From positions 64,001 through 128,000 of the IMG/VR virus record IMGVR_UViG_3300025133_000029: a DNA stretch of 64,000 nt; one strand, 5' to 3'. Below, piece by piece: positions 38,395 through 46,977 of the stretch (position 1 is the stretch's first letter; each line of letters begins with the position of its first letter). The DNA is from a virus. The position numbers were made by a program, and so were the translations under genes. The notes under the pieces were generated by a model. The model saw nothing but the letters and a program-made list of their open reading frames with translations. It was not told the origin of the DNA and did not search any database.

Positions 38395-38691
38395 ATGAGT
38401 GAAATGCGAGAACTCCGATGTTCAAAGTGCGGCAATCGTATGTTGCGCAAATCGGGCAAGGACGGGCGTTGGAGGTTGAGCAGTTTGGTTATTACTATGG
38501 ATAACCAGGGGATGGATTTTACTATCATATGTAAGGATTGTCGGTCAGAGGAGAAGGTCCCTGTGCGATTACAAATGGCTCTCCCGCCGACCATCCCTGG
38601 TAATCCTCTTGCTCCTCAAGAAGAGGATCGACCCAACACACCACTTACTTTTAAAGAGCAGAAAAAAACAAGCGGTGAAGCAATAGATTGA
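38395..38691 (+). CDS. Zn-ribbon protein (Com-like architecture)
   Basis: ELRCSKCGNRML...IICKDCR. Confidence 0.55.
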   Translation: MSEMRELRCSKCGNRMLRKSGKDGRWRLSSLVITMDNQGMDFTIICKDCRSEEKVPVRLQMALPPTIPGNPLAPQEEDRPNTPLTFKEQKKTSGEAID

Positions 38692-38714
38692 AATTGTGTT
38701 TTTTGTAAAAAAAC

Positions 38715-38744
38715 TTGACACGGATTTCATTTTGTTTGTAGTTT
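38715..38744 (+). promoter_or_regulatory. Sigma70-like promoter upstream of the head module
   Basis: TTGACA-18 nt-TAGTTT preceded by an A-tract. Confidence 0.45.
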
Positions 38745-38909
38745 GAAAAGCACAGTTCTTCTTCGGACTTATTTTGGTTCATTTGAAATAAGTGTGAAGT
38801 GGTTCAAAGAAATGTATGCAAAGAATGTGTTTTGCATGGAAGGGAGAGTGCCCTACGGTCCTCTCCCTTTTTGCATTTAAAGTGCAGAGTTTCTTCAATG
38901 AGATGAAAA

Positions 38910-39860
38910 ATGCTTCCTTTTATACGACCCGCACAAGAAAAACAATATGACTATGGCACTCTAATAGACCCGTGGGACTTGCTTTCTAAAGCGATGCCTG
39001 ATGGACAGTTGGGTGATTTTGGTTTTGCCATAAAGGGCATGGCTCGAAAAGAGGAGAGCACTGGATTCCAGCGGAGGTGGATTCGCGGTGTTGCATCAAC
39101 ACCGGATCTTGACTTGCAGGAAGAAACTATTATCCAGAAAGGCTTAGATCTTAGATATTTTCGTCAGTATGGTTTTTTCAATGATGACCATAAGCCGGGA
39201 AATAATAACAAGGTCGGAGAACCCACAGTCGCTACACTTAAGACCGTAAAGAACAAGTCAGGGAAGTCTCTTCTTGGTTTGTGGACAGAGGGTTTTATTT
39301 GGGCAAAAGGACATCATCCTGGCGCAGACCATATATGGGAATTAGCGAAGGCGATGGAGATGAGCGGGTCTCGTCGTCAAATGGCATTCTCTATACAGGG
39401 GAAAGTCCTTCTTAGAGACGGTGGAAGAGTTCTAAAAGCTTGGGTTCAGGATATTGCCATTACACCAAGTCCCATTAATCCTGAGACATGGTTGGAGCTT
39501 GCTCCACAGTTAGCCAAGTCTTTGGACACACCACATGATAGAGATGTTATTTGTAAAAGCATTTCTATAGATCCAGATGCATTTGATGATTCTCCCTCTG
39601 TTGATCTTGGGGAAGCAATGGAGAGTCATAAGGCATTGAGTGTAGCAGGAGGTAGTATCCTGGTGCCTCAGTCATTAGAGGGTACTCGTAACGCAACGTT
39701 TCGATCCTATCCTCCTGGTCATCCCCAAAACAACGAAGCTCCTAGTGAACTTAATAAGAGTTTGGTTTTTGCTTTCAACGAATTTCGTCGTCGCAACTAC
39801 AATGAGCATCGTGCATGGCAGTTGGCTCAAGCCGCAGTGGCTAGAACCATGTTTCTTTAG
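38910..39860 (+). CDS. Prohead (capsid maturation) protease
   Basis: IRGVASTPDLDLQEETIIQKGLD, GFFNDDH (His), FSIQGKV (Ser), IAITPSPINPETW. Confidence 0.85.
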   Translation: MLPFIRPAQEKQYDYGTLIDPWDLLSKAMPDGQLGDFGFAIKGMARKEESTGFQRRWIRGVASTPDLDLQEETIIQKGLDLRYFRQYGFFNDDHKPGNNNKVGEPTVATLKTVKNKSGKSLLGLWTEGFIWAKGHHPGADHIWELAKAMEMSGSRRQMAFSIQGKVLLRDGGRVLKAWVQDIAITPSPINPETWLELAPQLAKSLDTPHDRDVICKSISIDPDAFDDSPSVDLGEAMESHKALSVAGGSILVPQSLEGTRNATFRSYPPGHPQNNEAPSELNKSLVFAFNEFRRRNYNEHRAWQLAQAAVARTMFL

Positions 39861-39895
39861 TGTATCTCCCCAACCTCACAAGAGGAGAATTTGAG

Positions 39896-41023
39896 ATGTC
39901 CCAACAACCAAACTCGAACACAGCACTCTTGCACAGCATCGATCATCTCGATGACCTGCTGTCCAAGTCCCAGATTGTTACGGGTGGAAATTCCGAACGC
40001 CGAGAATGGGCTGGTTCCCAGCATACGGATGAGAAAACCCCATCCCCGGCTCCTGATGGCACAAGCTATCAACCTGACAAACCTATCGCTCACAAGTCCA
40101 TCGCGGAAATGTCGAATGAAGAGATCCAATCTTTTCTGGAGCTTCGCAAATCTGGACTCCCCAATGTTCGCGCAGCCGAAGCAGAGATTGAGCGCCTTCC
40201 TGGTGTTCACAAGTCTATCTGTGGCGATTGTGTTGGTGTTGGTCAGGACGTGATGCGCAAATCCCGATGTGGAAATTGCGCAGGACACGGTATTGTCTTT
40301 GCTTACCCAGATGCGATGACGGGTCAGCAAGCTATGGCTATCGCAGACAAGTATAACTGTGGTCCCAATAGCATTTCCAAGAGCCAACCTTCCAATGAAG
40401 GTGGTGCTCGAGCGCAAGATCCAGATGCATCCTCGGTTCCTAAGACCATGACTGACTATAACCCCGATAAAAAGGGTGAGACCAGTCAAGATGTGGCAAA
40501 GGGTGGCGGCGAGTGTGACGAAGATCTTCTCCCAGAAGAAGGCGAAGAGTGGATGAAGTCTCTCCGGACTATCCAGAAGGGTCTCCATGCAGCGCTTGCC
40601 AGCTTGAAAGAGCAGGGCGCTCGTTTGGCCCATGTGGAGCAGCTTGCCACAGCGAGTGGGCGAACGACCTCCAATATGGCCAAGAGTTTCTCTGGCTACC
40701 AAGGCAATCCCGATCAGTCTCGTGTTCCCGCTCGTGGTCCCATGGCGCAAGGCCACGGTCTGCAGATAAACCCGCAAGATGTCCAGGTTCTCAACAAGAG
40801 CCAGGGTCCTGGTCTGCAACAGCAGCCCCAGGAAATCTCCCGTGATCAGTGGACAGAGATGAAGAAGTCGGCTACGGCTCTCGTCTATGAAGGCAAACTC
40901 GACCCTGGTGTTGTTTTGCGAATGGACACCGATCAGATGCCTACCCCTGAAATCATGCAAATGATTCAAGAGCGTATGCATGCAGGTCGCCAACAAGCCC
41001 CACAACAGAATTACTACCAGTAG
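39896..41023 (+). CDS. Probable scaffold/head protein with DnaJ-type CxxCxGxG Zn finger
   Basis: Between protease and MCP; about 12 K-S/K-G motifs; CGDCVGVG and CGNCAGHG. Confidence 0.6.
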   Translation: MSQQPNSNTALLHSIDHLDDLLSKSQIVTGGNSERREWAGSQHTDEKTPSPAPDGTSYQPDKPIAHKSIAEMSNEEIQSFLELRKSGLPNVRAAEAEIERLPGVHKSICGDCVGVGQDVMRKSRCGNCAGHGIVFAYPDAMTGQQAMAIADKYNCGPNSISKSQPSNEGGARAQDPDASSVPKTMTDYNPDKKGETSQDVAKGGGECDEDLLPEEGEEWMKSLRTIQKGLHAALASLKEQGARLAHVEQLATASGRTTSNMAKSFSGYQGNPDQSRVPARGPMAQGHGLQINPQDVQVLNKSQGPGLQQQPQEISRDQWTEMKKSATALVYEGKLDPGVVLRMDTDQMPTPEIMQMIQERMHAGRQQAPQQNYYQ

Positions 41024-41129
41024 TCTCTCTTAGCGTTGCCGCGCTCAGAGAATAAAAAGGCAGGTTTACTTTTCATGAAATGGAATCTTTAGAACTCAAA
41101 AGATCTTCTGGCAAACACAAAGTCAAAAA

Positions 41130-41146
41130 TCTTTAGATTCTAAAGA
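41130..41146. repeat. Dispersed palindrome TCTTTAGA-T-TCTAAAGA (degenerate partner at 41086-41103)
   Basis: Exact core in the MCP leader. Confidence 0.95.
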
Positions 41147-41213
41147 TTCTAAAAGAAGACGTAGCCTCCTTTTGTCTCTTTAGAAACTCCCTCTTCACTT
41201 AGGAGAAGAAAAG

Positions 41214-42704
41214 ATGTACCCACCCGTCAGTCTTTCTCAATATAACGAGATGGGCTTGCATGGTTTTGGACATGGAACTCGACAGCAAGTCGACGAACTG
41301 AACAAAGCCCTCTCCGCAGGCTACGTCACAGATCGGACCAACATGACAGGCGGCAACGCACTTCGTGTCGAGTCTTTGGAAGAATCTTTGAAGGTTCTCA
41401 CCTTCACCGATCGCCACCTTAAGCTCTGGCCCAAAATCCACAAGAGCCCCGCGTACTCCACTGTAGAAGAATACAATCAGCTTACGAGCTATGGGAATGA
41501 TTTCTACGGTCCCTTCATTGGAGAGGGACAAACTCCTCAGTCGAATGACTCCAACTTCCAGCGTAAAACTGCGCTCGTGAAGTTCATGGGCACGACCCGA
41601 GAAGTTTCACACCAAGCCACTCTCGTCCATCCAGCACACGGTGACTTGATTGCGCTCGAGAACCAGAACGGAATCATGTGGCTCCTTCGCCAGATTGAAG
41701 TCTTCTTGTTCAAAGGAAATCGAAACCTCGCCTTCAGTGGTGAGAGTGTGATGTTCGATGGGCTCGATCAACTGATCGATTCGAGCAACTATCTCGACGT
41801 TGAGGGTTCCCCTCTTCAAGAGAGCGACTTCGAAGAAGCCAGCAACCTGCTCGCCGAAAACTACGCCTTCCCCACTGACGCCTTCCTCGGCTTCCGTCCC
41901 ATGTCGGACCTCGTGAAGACCTTCTATCCCCGCCATCGTGTGCAGCTTCCTTCCCCCACGGATGGTCGCATTGGACAAGCCGTAACAAGCATGTCCACAC
42001 AAGCGGGTGTGTTGAACTTCAACGCAGACGTCTTCATCCAACGACCTGAGACTGCTCCCGACACTGTTCGCGGTCCCTCCACTATGGTCCCCACCGCTCC
42101 TGCAGGATTCTCGACCCTCGCGGTTACCGTTTCGACAGACGGTGAATTCGATAAGAGCCAGGGTGCCGACGACGCCGTTTATGGATACAAGGTCTCGGCC
42201 TGTAACCAGTATGGCGAATCCGTGGCCTCTGTTGCCGCGATTACCCCCACCCTCACGGGCGCAAACGCAGAGGCGGGGCACGTCATCACCTTCGTCATCA
42301 AAAACGCCGCAGCGCTCACCAATCCTCCCGAATACTTTAACGTGTATCGGACCCTCGCTCTGACTGCGACGACAACCTTGTCCGACGTTCAAGCTCTCTC
42401 CGCTCTCGCGTTCTCTCGTATTCTTCAGGTCCGCGCACGATCCCAGGCCGCAAACGGTTTGACTCCTGCCTCTCCTGGTGTTGAGACAGACAAGAACCAA
42501 TTCATGCCATTCACGGAGATGGCCTACGTTGGAGAGCTTTCTCCGCAGGTGATAACTTGTCGCCAATTGGCTCCTCTGATGAAGATCGACCTTGCCCTCC
42601 AAGGACCCGTCTATCGTTGGATGATCTTGGCGTACATGGTCCCGATTCTCTTCGCTCCGCTGAAGTTCATGAGAATTCTGAACATCGGTAGATTGGGTAG
42701 CTAG
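41214..42704 (+). CDS. Major capsid protein, Herelleviridae (SPO1/Twort)-like
   Basis: LNKALSAGY..D....GGNALRVESLE..LKVLTF, AYSTVEEY, FDGL..LID, LAPLMKIDLA; strong codon bias; AGGAG RBS. Confidence 0.9.
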   Translation: MYPPVSLSQYNEMGLHGFGHGTRQQVDELNKALSAGYVTDRTNMTGGNALRVESLEESLKVLTFTDRHLKLWPKIHKSPAYSTVEEYNQLTSYGNDFYGPFIGEGQTPQSNDSNFQRKTALVKFMGTTREVSHQATLVHPAHGDLIALENQNGIMWLLRQIEVFLFKGNRNLAFSGESVMFDGLDQLIDSSNYLDVEGSPLQESDFEEASNLLAENYAFPTDAFLGFRPMSDLVKTFYPRHRVQLPSPTDGRIGQAVTSMSTQAGVLNFNADVFIQRPETAPDTVRGPSTMVPTAPAGFSTLAVTVSTDGEFDKSQGADDAVYGYKVSACNQYGESVASVAAITPTLTGANAEAGHVITFVIKNAAALTNPPEYFNVYRTLALTATTTLSDVQALSALAFSRILQVRARSQAANGLTPASPGVETDKNQFMPFTEMAYVGELSPQVITCRQLAPLMKIDLALQGPVYRWMILAYMVPILFAPLKFMRILNIGRLGS

Positions 42705-42746
42705 GTAAAAGCTTTCCCAATCTAGGGACTCTCGTAAGAGTTCTCT

Positions 42747-42784
42747 AAAAGCCTCCCCTGATATTAGTCGGGGGAGGCTTTTTT
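42747..42784 (+). terminator. Rho-independent terminator after MCP
   Basis: AAAAGCCTCCCC...GGGGAGGCTTTTTT. Confidence 0.85.
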
Positions 42785-42849
42785 GTTCGTGGGAATGAAA
42801 ATCATGGCATTATATATGAACGGTTTTTCTATAAGAAGCGGGGCTTAGC

Positions 42850-43227
42850 GTGATTGATTTATATGATCCAGACTATTTTCAACCTTTCCCCGTGTTGTTA
42901 TCTGTTGAGTTGTTGTCTATTCCTGGTGATTCGGAAGAGAAACAAGAAGGTGATGTCGAGTATTGGAAGTTATCTGTGGGGTGGGTGGATCGTGTGTATA
43001 CGTATACGATGAGGGTGGAGTATCTAGATTTTGATGGGACTGTTGGGGGATGTTCTTCGGGGTGTAATTGTATTGTTGAGGATTATTGGAAGAGAGGGTT
43101 GAGAGGGGCGTGGTCGACGATGGAGTCGGCTTTGATTTTTGTGGCATCGAGGGTGTGTAGAGGGGTGATAGACTTGCCTGTATTGATTAATCCTCAGTGG
43201 AGTTTTTGGAGTTTCAAGGTTTCTTAG
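42850..43227 (+). CDS. Hypothetical protein
   Basis: 125-aa ORF. Confidence 0.45.
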   Translation: MIDLYDPDYFQPFPVLLSVELLSIPGDSEEKQEGDVEYWKLSVGWVDRVYTYTMRVEYLDFDGTVGGCSSGCNCIVEDYWKRGLRGAWSTMESALIFVASRVCRGVIDLPVLINPQWSFWSFKVS

Positions 43228-43495
43228 TGGAGTTTTGAAGAATAAGTTCAAGGAGAGAGTTAGTGTCGGCCACATAGGCAGAAATAACATATTGAGGTGG
43301 AATGTTGTCAGAGAGCGATCCATCTCTATACCAAATACCATTACATCGTTTCCATTCGATGTTCTCATGAATGATTGTATATGTTCGGTGTGAGGCTTTT
43401 CCCGAAAAGGAACCACTCGGTTTTCTTTTCGAGGTGGAGTCTGTGATTCGATGCTTGGACATTGTTGTGGAGTCTGTGATTCGATGCTTGGACAT
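43214..43495 (-). CDS. Hypothetical protein with duplicated N-terminus
   Basis: MSKHRITDST occurs twice. Confidence 0.4.
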   Translation of the reverse strand: MSKHRITDSTTMSKHRITDSTSKRKPSGSFSGKASHRTYTIIHENIEWKRCNGIWYRDGSLSDNIPPQYVISAYVADTNSLLELILQNSTKKP

Positions 43496-43503
43496 TGTTG
43501 TGG
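43434..43503. repeat. Perfect 33-bp tandem duplication
   Basis: GTGGAGTCTGTGATTCGATGCTTGGACATTGTT x2 + GTGG. Confidence 0.95.
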
Positions 43504-43505
43504 TT

Positions 43506-43688
43506 TTATTTCTTTTTGTATTTACGGGGCCAGTATTTTTCTTTAGTGCTTCCGAGTTCTTTTTGTAGGTAGAGATAGTATGTATATTCTGGGTCCAAAT
43601 TATCGAGGGTAGTTTGGCCTCCAAAAATGGTGTCAGGATCCACGGATTTCCTAACGTTTTCTATGTCTTCTATGGTTTTGTCTTTCAT
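43506..43688 (-). CDS. Small hypothetical protein
   Basis: 60 aa in a tightly packed minus-strand run. Confidence 0.45.
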   Translation of the reverse strand: MKDKTIEDIENVRKSVDPDTIFGGQTTLDNLDPEYTYYLYLQKELGSTKEKYWPRKYKKK

Positions 43689-43691
43689 TGC

Positions 43692-44267
43692 TTACATTCC
43701 TTGTTGTTCTGATTCGATGCGAAGTTTCTCGAGATGGTCTTGTAGGTTTGAGAAGGATCTCCATCCAGCCTCTGTGAGGTCCCTCCCGTAGACTTCGCCC
43801 CTTGGCTTTATGGGTTGCCATCCTTCGTCACAGAATAGCCTGAAGTGCCATGTTATTGGTCTGTTTGGCGTTAGGCTCATAAGGACTTCGTATGGGTCAC
43901 GTCCATCTATATTCATGGGAGGTTCGGACCAGACCCACTTTGCGTAATTTCCATAGAAAGCCTTTACCCACTTTTCAGAGAGGGGAAAGTTATGTGGTGC
44001 AGGATCCATGGTTTGGGGATCGAAGTAGCTTAGAGAGAGGTGGTAGCATCTTTCGTAGTCGGGGTTTTTCCACCATCCACTGCTATGGTATCCGATGTCT
44101 CTTGTGAAGACGAGGCATGTTCCGGTTCTATTGCAGAGTCGTCTGGAGCTTTGGATAATTCGTCGGTTTGCGGGTCCTGGATGTCCGTTATAAGTAAACC
44201 GTTGTGAGTACAGTCGAAGTTCGTGAATTAGAAGTGGGTCGACTTCTTGGGATCTTATAATGTGCAT
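43692..44267 (-). CDS. Hypothetical protein
   Basis: 191 aa, GAGGGAG RBS. Confidence 0.6.
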   Translation of the reverse strand: MHIIRSQEVDPLLIHELRLYSQRFTYNGHPGPANRRIIQSSRRLCNRTGTCLVFTRDIGYHSSGWWKNPDYERCYHLSLSYFDPQTMDPAPHNFPLSEKWVKAFYGNYAKWVWSEPPMNIDGRDPYEVLMSLTPNRPITWHFRLFCDEGWQPIKPRGEVYGRDLTEAGWRSFSNLQDHLEKLRIESEQQGM

Positions 44268-44285
44268 AAAATGCTCCCTCGCGAA

Positions 44286-44302
44286 TCTTTAGAGTCTAAA
44301 GA
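44286..44302. repeat. Dispersed palindrome TCTTTAGA-G-TCTAAAGA
   Basis: Exact core, intergenic. Confidence 0.95.
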
Positions 44303-44321
44303 TTGAGAAAATGGATAGTTT

Positions 44322-44702
44322 TTATTCTTCAGTTTCTTCTTGTAGTTCTTTGCATCCGCAGCATTCGATTAGTTGAATATGCAGTGTGCCATCTCTGTCT
44401 ACAGAGATTTTGGCGTCGAGTATTTGTTCTCTCCTTGTTTTGGTTTGTGCTTCGATGAGACCTTCTGGGGCATTCTCTTCGAGTGGTACGTAGCCTGCTT
44501 CATATCCCCATAGACGATTGAGTTGCATGTTTAGCTCTCGACGTACTTGGGGTGTTATGGCTAAAGAGAGACCCGTGCTATACCCTTTGGAGCATTCGCT
44601 TAAAAGGATGTAGCCCTTCTTCCATCTTCTTTTTGATTTCCTGTTATATTTCTTCCATAGCGCGGCTATTTCGGGATGATTTAGATCGGGTAGTTCTCTC
44701 AT
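44322..44702 (-). CDS. Hypothetical protein
   Basis: 126-aa ORF. Confidence 0.55.
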   Translation of the reverse strand: MRELPDLNHPEIAALWKKYNRKSKRRWKKGYILLSECSKGYSTGLSLAITPQVRRELNMQLNRLWGYEAGYVPLEENAPEGLIEAQTKTRREQILDAKISVDRDGTLHIQLIECCGCKELQEETEE

Positions 44703-44703
44703 T

Positions 44704-45048
44704 TTACTCTTGACCCTGTTGAGCCCATCGTGGTTGAGGCCATCGTGAAAAAAGTCTTATTTGTGGGTCACTGAAGGTTACTATGGTAAATGGCCGATCG
44801 TATCCCTTCACCCTGGCATACTGCTCCAGGCCCAACTCACTCCGCTGGATGTGGTCACTAATGGGGCGGTCACCGAGATATTTTCCAACAAGATCGAGCG
44901 CCCTTCTTATGGAGAAAGAGGTTAGTACTTTTTTTGGGATCTCACCTCTATATTTCCTGCCATCTTTCCACCACGCTCCATCCCAGTGAGTCCAAAGGTT
45001 TCCCTCGAATTGGAAGAAGAATCGTCCGTCAAAATAGCCGTGGAACAT
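44704..45048 (-). CDS. Hypothetical protein (start uncertain)
   Basis: ORF trimmed to avoid overlap with 45065-45394. Confidence 0.45.
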   Translation of the reverse strand: MFHGYFDGRFFFQFEGNLWTHWDGAWWKDGRKYRGEIPKKVLTSFSIRRALDLVGKYLGDRPISDHIQRSELGLEQYARVKGYDRPFTIVTFSDPQIRLFSRWPQPRWAQQGQE

Positions 45049-45064
45049 AACGAGTCCATCCTCT

Positions 45065-45394
45065 TTACATGGGAATAAGGGAACCATCATCTTGTTCAAC
45101 AAAAAAGACAACCAACGCGGGAGTTGTCTCTCCGTCCCAAGGGAAGTCTGCTTGGATGCAGAGTCGCGCTTCTTTTGAGTGTGACTCTGCATCTATTTTT
45201 TCTTTTATAGAATGACATTCTTGGATGGCTTCTTCGCGAGAATCAAATCCGTTAGTGTGGTGTCCTTTTGACTTGTGACGAATGGGCTTATCTGCAGATG
45301 GAGGTCCAGGAAGGGGAGACTCTCTAAAGATTATAGGGTGAAAGCGATTTGTTGTGGTGTTGTGAAGGTTTCCAACAATCGGGTTAAGAAGCAT
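45065..45394 (-). CDS. Hypothetical protein
   Basis: 109 aa, GGAG RBS. Confidence 0.55.
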   Translation of the reverse strand: MLLNPIVGNLHNTTTNRFHPIIFRESPLPGPPSADKPIRHKSKGHHTNGFDSREEAIQECHSIKEKIDAESHSKEARLCIQADFPWDGETTPALVVFFVEQDDGSLIPM

Positions 45395-45450
45395 TCGCTA
45401 TTCTCCAAATTGAGAAAGTTTCCTGTGTTTCAGTTGGTTTTTTGAATATT

Positions 45451-45870
45451 TTAGGTGGGGTCTTCTTCGTCGTATTCGGGGGTTTCATTGTGCAGGAATT
45501 CTTCCATTCCAGTTTCAAGGATTCGCCCTATTTTCATCAAACCTATCTCTATTGATTCTCCAATTTTATTACCTGCGTATTTGAAGACAGATTGTCCAAG
45601 ACTTCCCATAGTGAAAGCTCTTGCGATTTTAGCAAGAGGGTTAGTTGCGGCAGTGTCAGATCGCCCCAGGCTTTGATTGATGCTTTCGGCTAATCCATCG
45701 ACAGAGGATGCCATTTTTACCCCGACTTTTTCAACAGCATCGGCCAGCAAGGCAATCGCATAAGCTTCTTGGGATGTCACATGGGGTCCGGACTCTTGTA
45801 GTTTTTCAAGATTACTCTTCATTCTTCTTCTTTCCTCGGGTGTAACGAAAACGAGGGATGGGATTGTCAA
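45451..45870 (-). CDS. Hypothetical protein
   Basis: 139-aa ORF. Confidence 0.5.
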   Translation of the reverse strand: MTIPSLVFVTPEERRRMKSNLEKLQESGPHVTSQEAYAIALLADAVEKVGVKMASSVDGLAESINQSLGRSDTAATNPLAKIARAFTMGSLGQSVFKYAGNKIGESIEIGLMKIGRILETGMEEFLHNETPEYDEEDPT

Positions 45871-46087
45871 GAATATCTTGGACCCACTGTGGGCGTTTTC
45901 GTCTTTGTTGGAGTTCTTCTTTTTCGGAGAGAGTTATCCAGAACAACTTCTCTACTTCTGGCATTTTGTCCCATTCTTTTTCCCATATTTTATGGGGTAT
46001 GCCTTTTATTCCTTTGTGTGGGTTTGCTTTGGCAAAGTTGATTTGGTGTTCTATAAAACAAAATTTGGCTTTTGTTTCATTTTCCAT
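45812..46087 (-). CDS. Hypothetical protein
   Basis: 91-aa ORF. Confidence 0.45.
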   Translation of the reverse strand: MENETKAKFCFIEHQINFAKANPHKGIKGIPHKIWEKEWDKMPEVEKLFWITLSEKEELQQRRKRPQWVQDILDNPIPRFRYTRGKKKNEE

Positions 46088-46129
46088 GGATTGAGTGTTC
46101 TCTTTATTTGAAGATGTGGAGAGTGGGTT

Positions 46130-46972
46130 TTACTTTTGGTCTCGAATCCATTTTCTGTGTCTAGATGTGTTGCATGATGTGGATGTTCCATATCTGAGGG
46201 ATCGGAGGGCAACACTCCTAGTCGTTCCGCAAACACACATACATCGTATATAGCGGCGTCCCTTTTTTTTTCTCTTTAGTTCTCGGACAACAGTCCATTG
46301 ACCAATAACTGTTCCTTCTTCAATAAGGACTCGACGGCTTCTTCGACATCCGCAGGATGCGGGATATCTTCTAGTATTTTCGATGCTCTGGAGCTGCTGA
46401 ATTTGTGCGGCACTCTTGGTAAGTGTTGTGCCGCATTCGCAAGTACAGTTCCACAGGAGTTCATCCGAGTCGAAAACTCTTTCGTTGATTGTGAGCAGCC
46501 CGAAAACAGTTCCACAGTATTCCCTGGCGTTATGGTGTTCCTGGCATTCTCCGCAAGAGCGGGAGAGTCCCTGTCTTAGATTGCCAAGCCCAACGCCTTT
46601 CTCTTTTCCGCATGAACATCTGCATAAAAAATACCGCATGTTTTTTTTCTTTTCTATTTCTTCAATAACTGTCCAATGGTTATAGGAGTCCCCTGGGGAA
46701 ATTGTTAATTTTTCTTTATTGCCTTGGCCTTTTATGCACCCACAAGACTGTGTTCTTCCATTGCGAAGGTTGGAGTGTATCACTTCTGTGCTATTGCCAC
46801 ATTCACAAACACAAACGGCATAATACCGCCGCTGTACTTGTTTTGGTGAACAATACCTAGAGATGCCGACTTGAGTGACGGTGAGCATGTTTATTTTTTG
46901 CCCCAAGATTTCTAAGTGGCTTGGGAGTGGTTCTCTTTCTTCTCGTTCTTGCCAAGCAATGTCTTCTGTCAT
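46130..46972 (-). CDS. Protein of four CxCxCG...SCxC Zn-binding repeats (HNH/AP2-endonuclease-associated type), no nuclease domain seen
   Basis: CVCECG..SCGC, CRCSCG..SCGEC, CTCECG..SCGC, CMCVCG..SC. Confidence 0.7.
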   Translation of the reverse strand: MTEDIAWQEREEREPLPSHLEILGQKINMLTVTQVGISRYCSPKQVQRRYYAVCVCECGNSTEVIHSNLRNGRTQSCGCIKGQGNKEKLTISPGDSYNHWTVIEEIEKKKNMRYFLCRCSCGKEKGVGLGNLRQGLSRSCGECQEHHNAREYCGTVFGLLTINERVFDSDELLWNCTCECGTTLTKSAAQIQQLQSIENTRRYPASCGCRRSRRVLIEEGTVIGQWTVVRELKRKKKGRRYIRCMCVCGTTRSVALRSLRYGTSTSCNTSRHRKWIRDQK

Positions 46973-46977
46973 TGTCT

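Noticed and set aside
43434-43503. 33-bp direct repeat as a mini CRISPR array
   Set aside because: The copies are directly adjacent with no spacer and lie in a reading frame.
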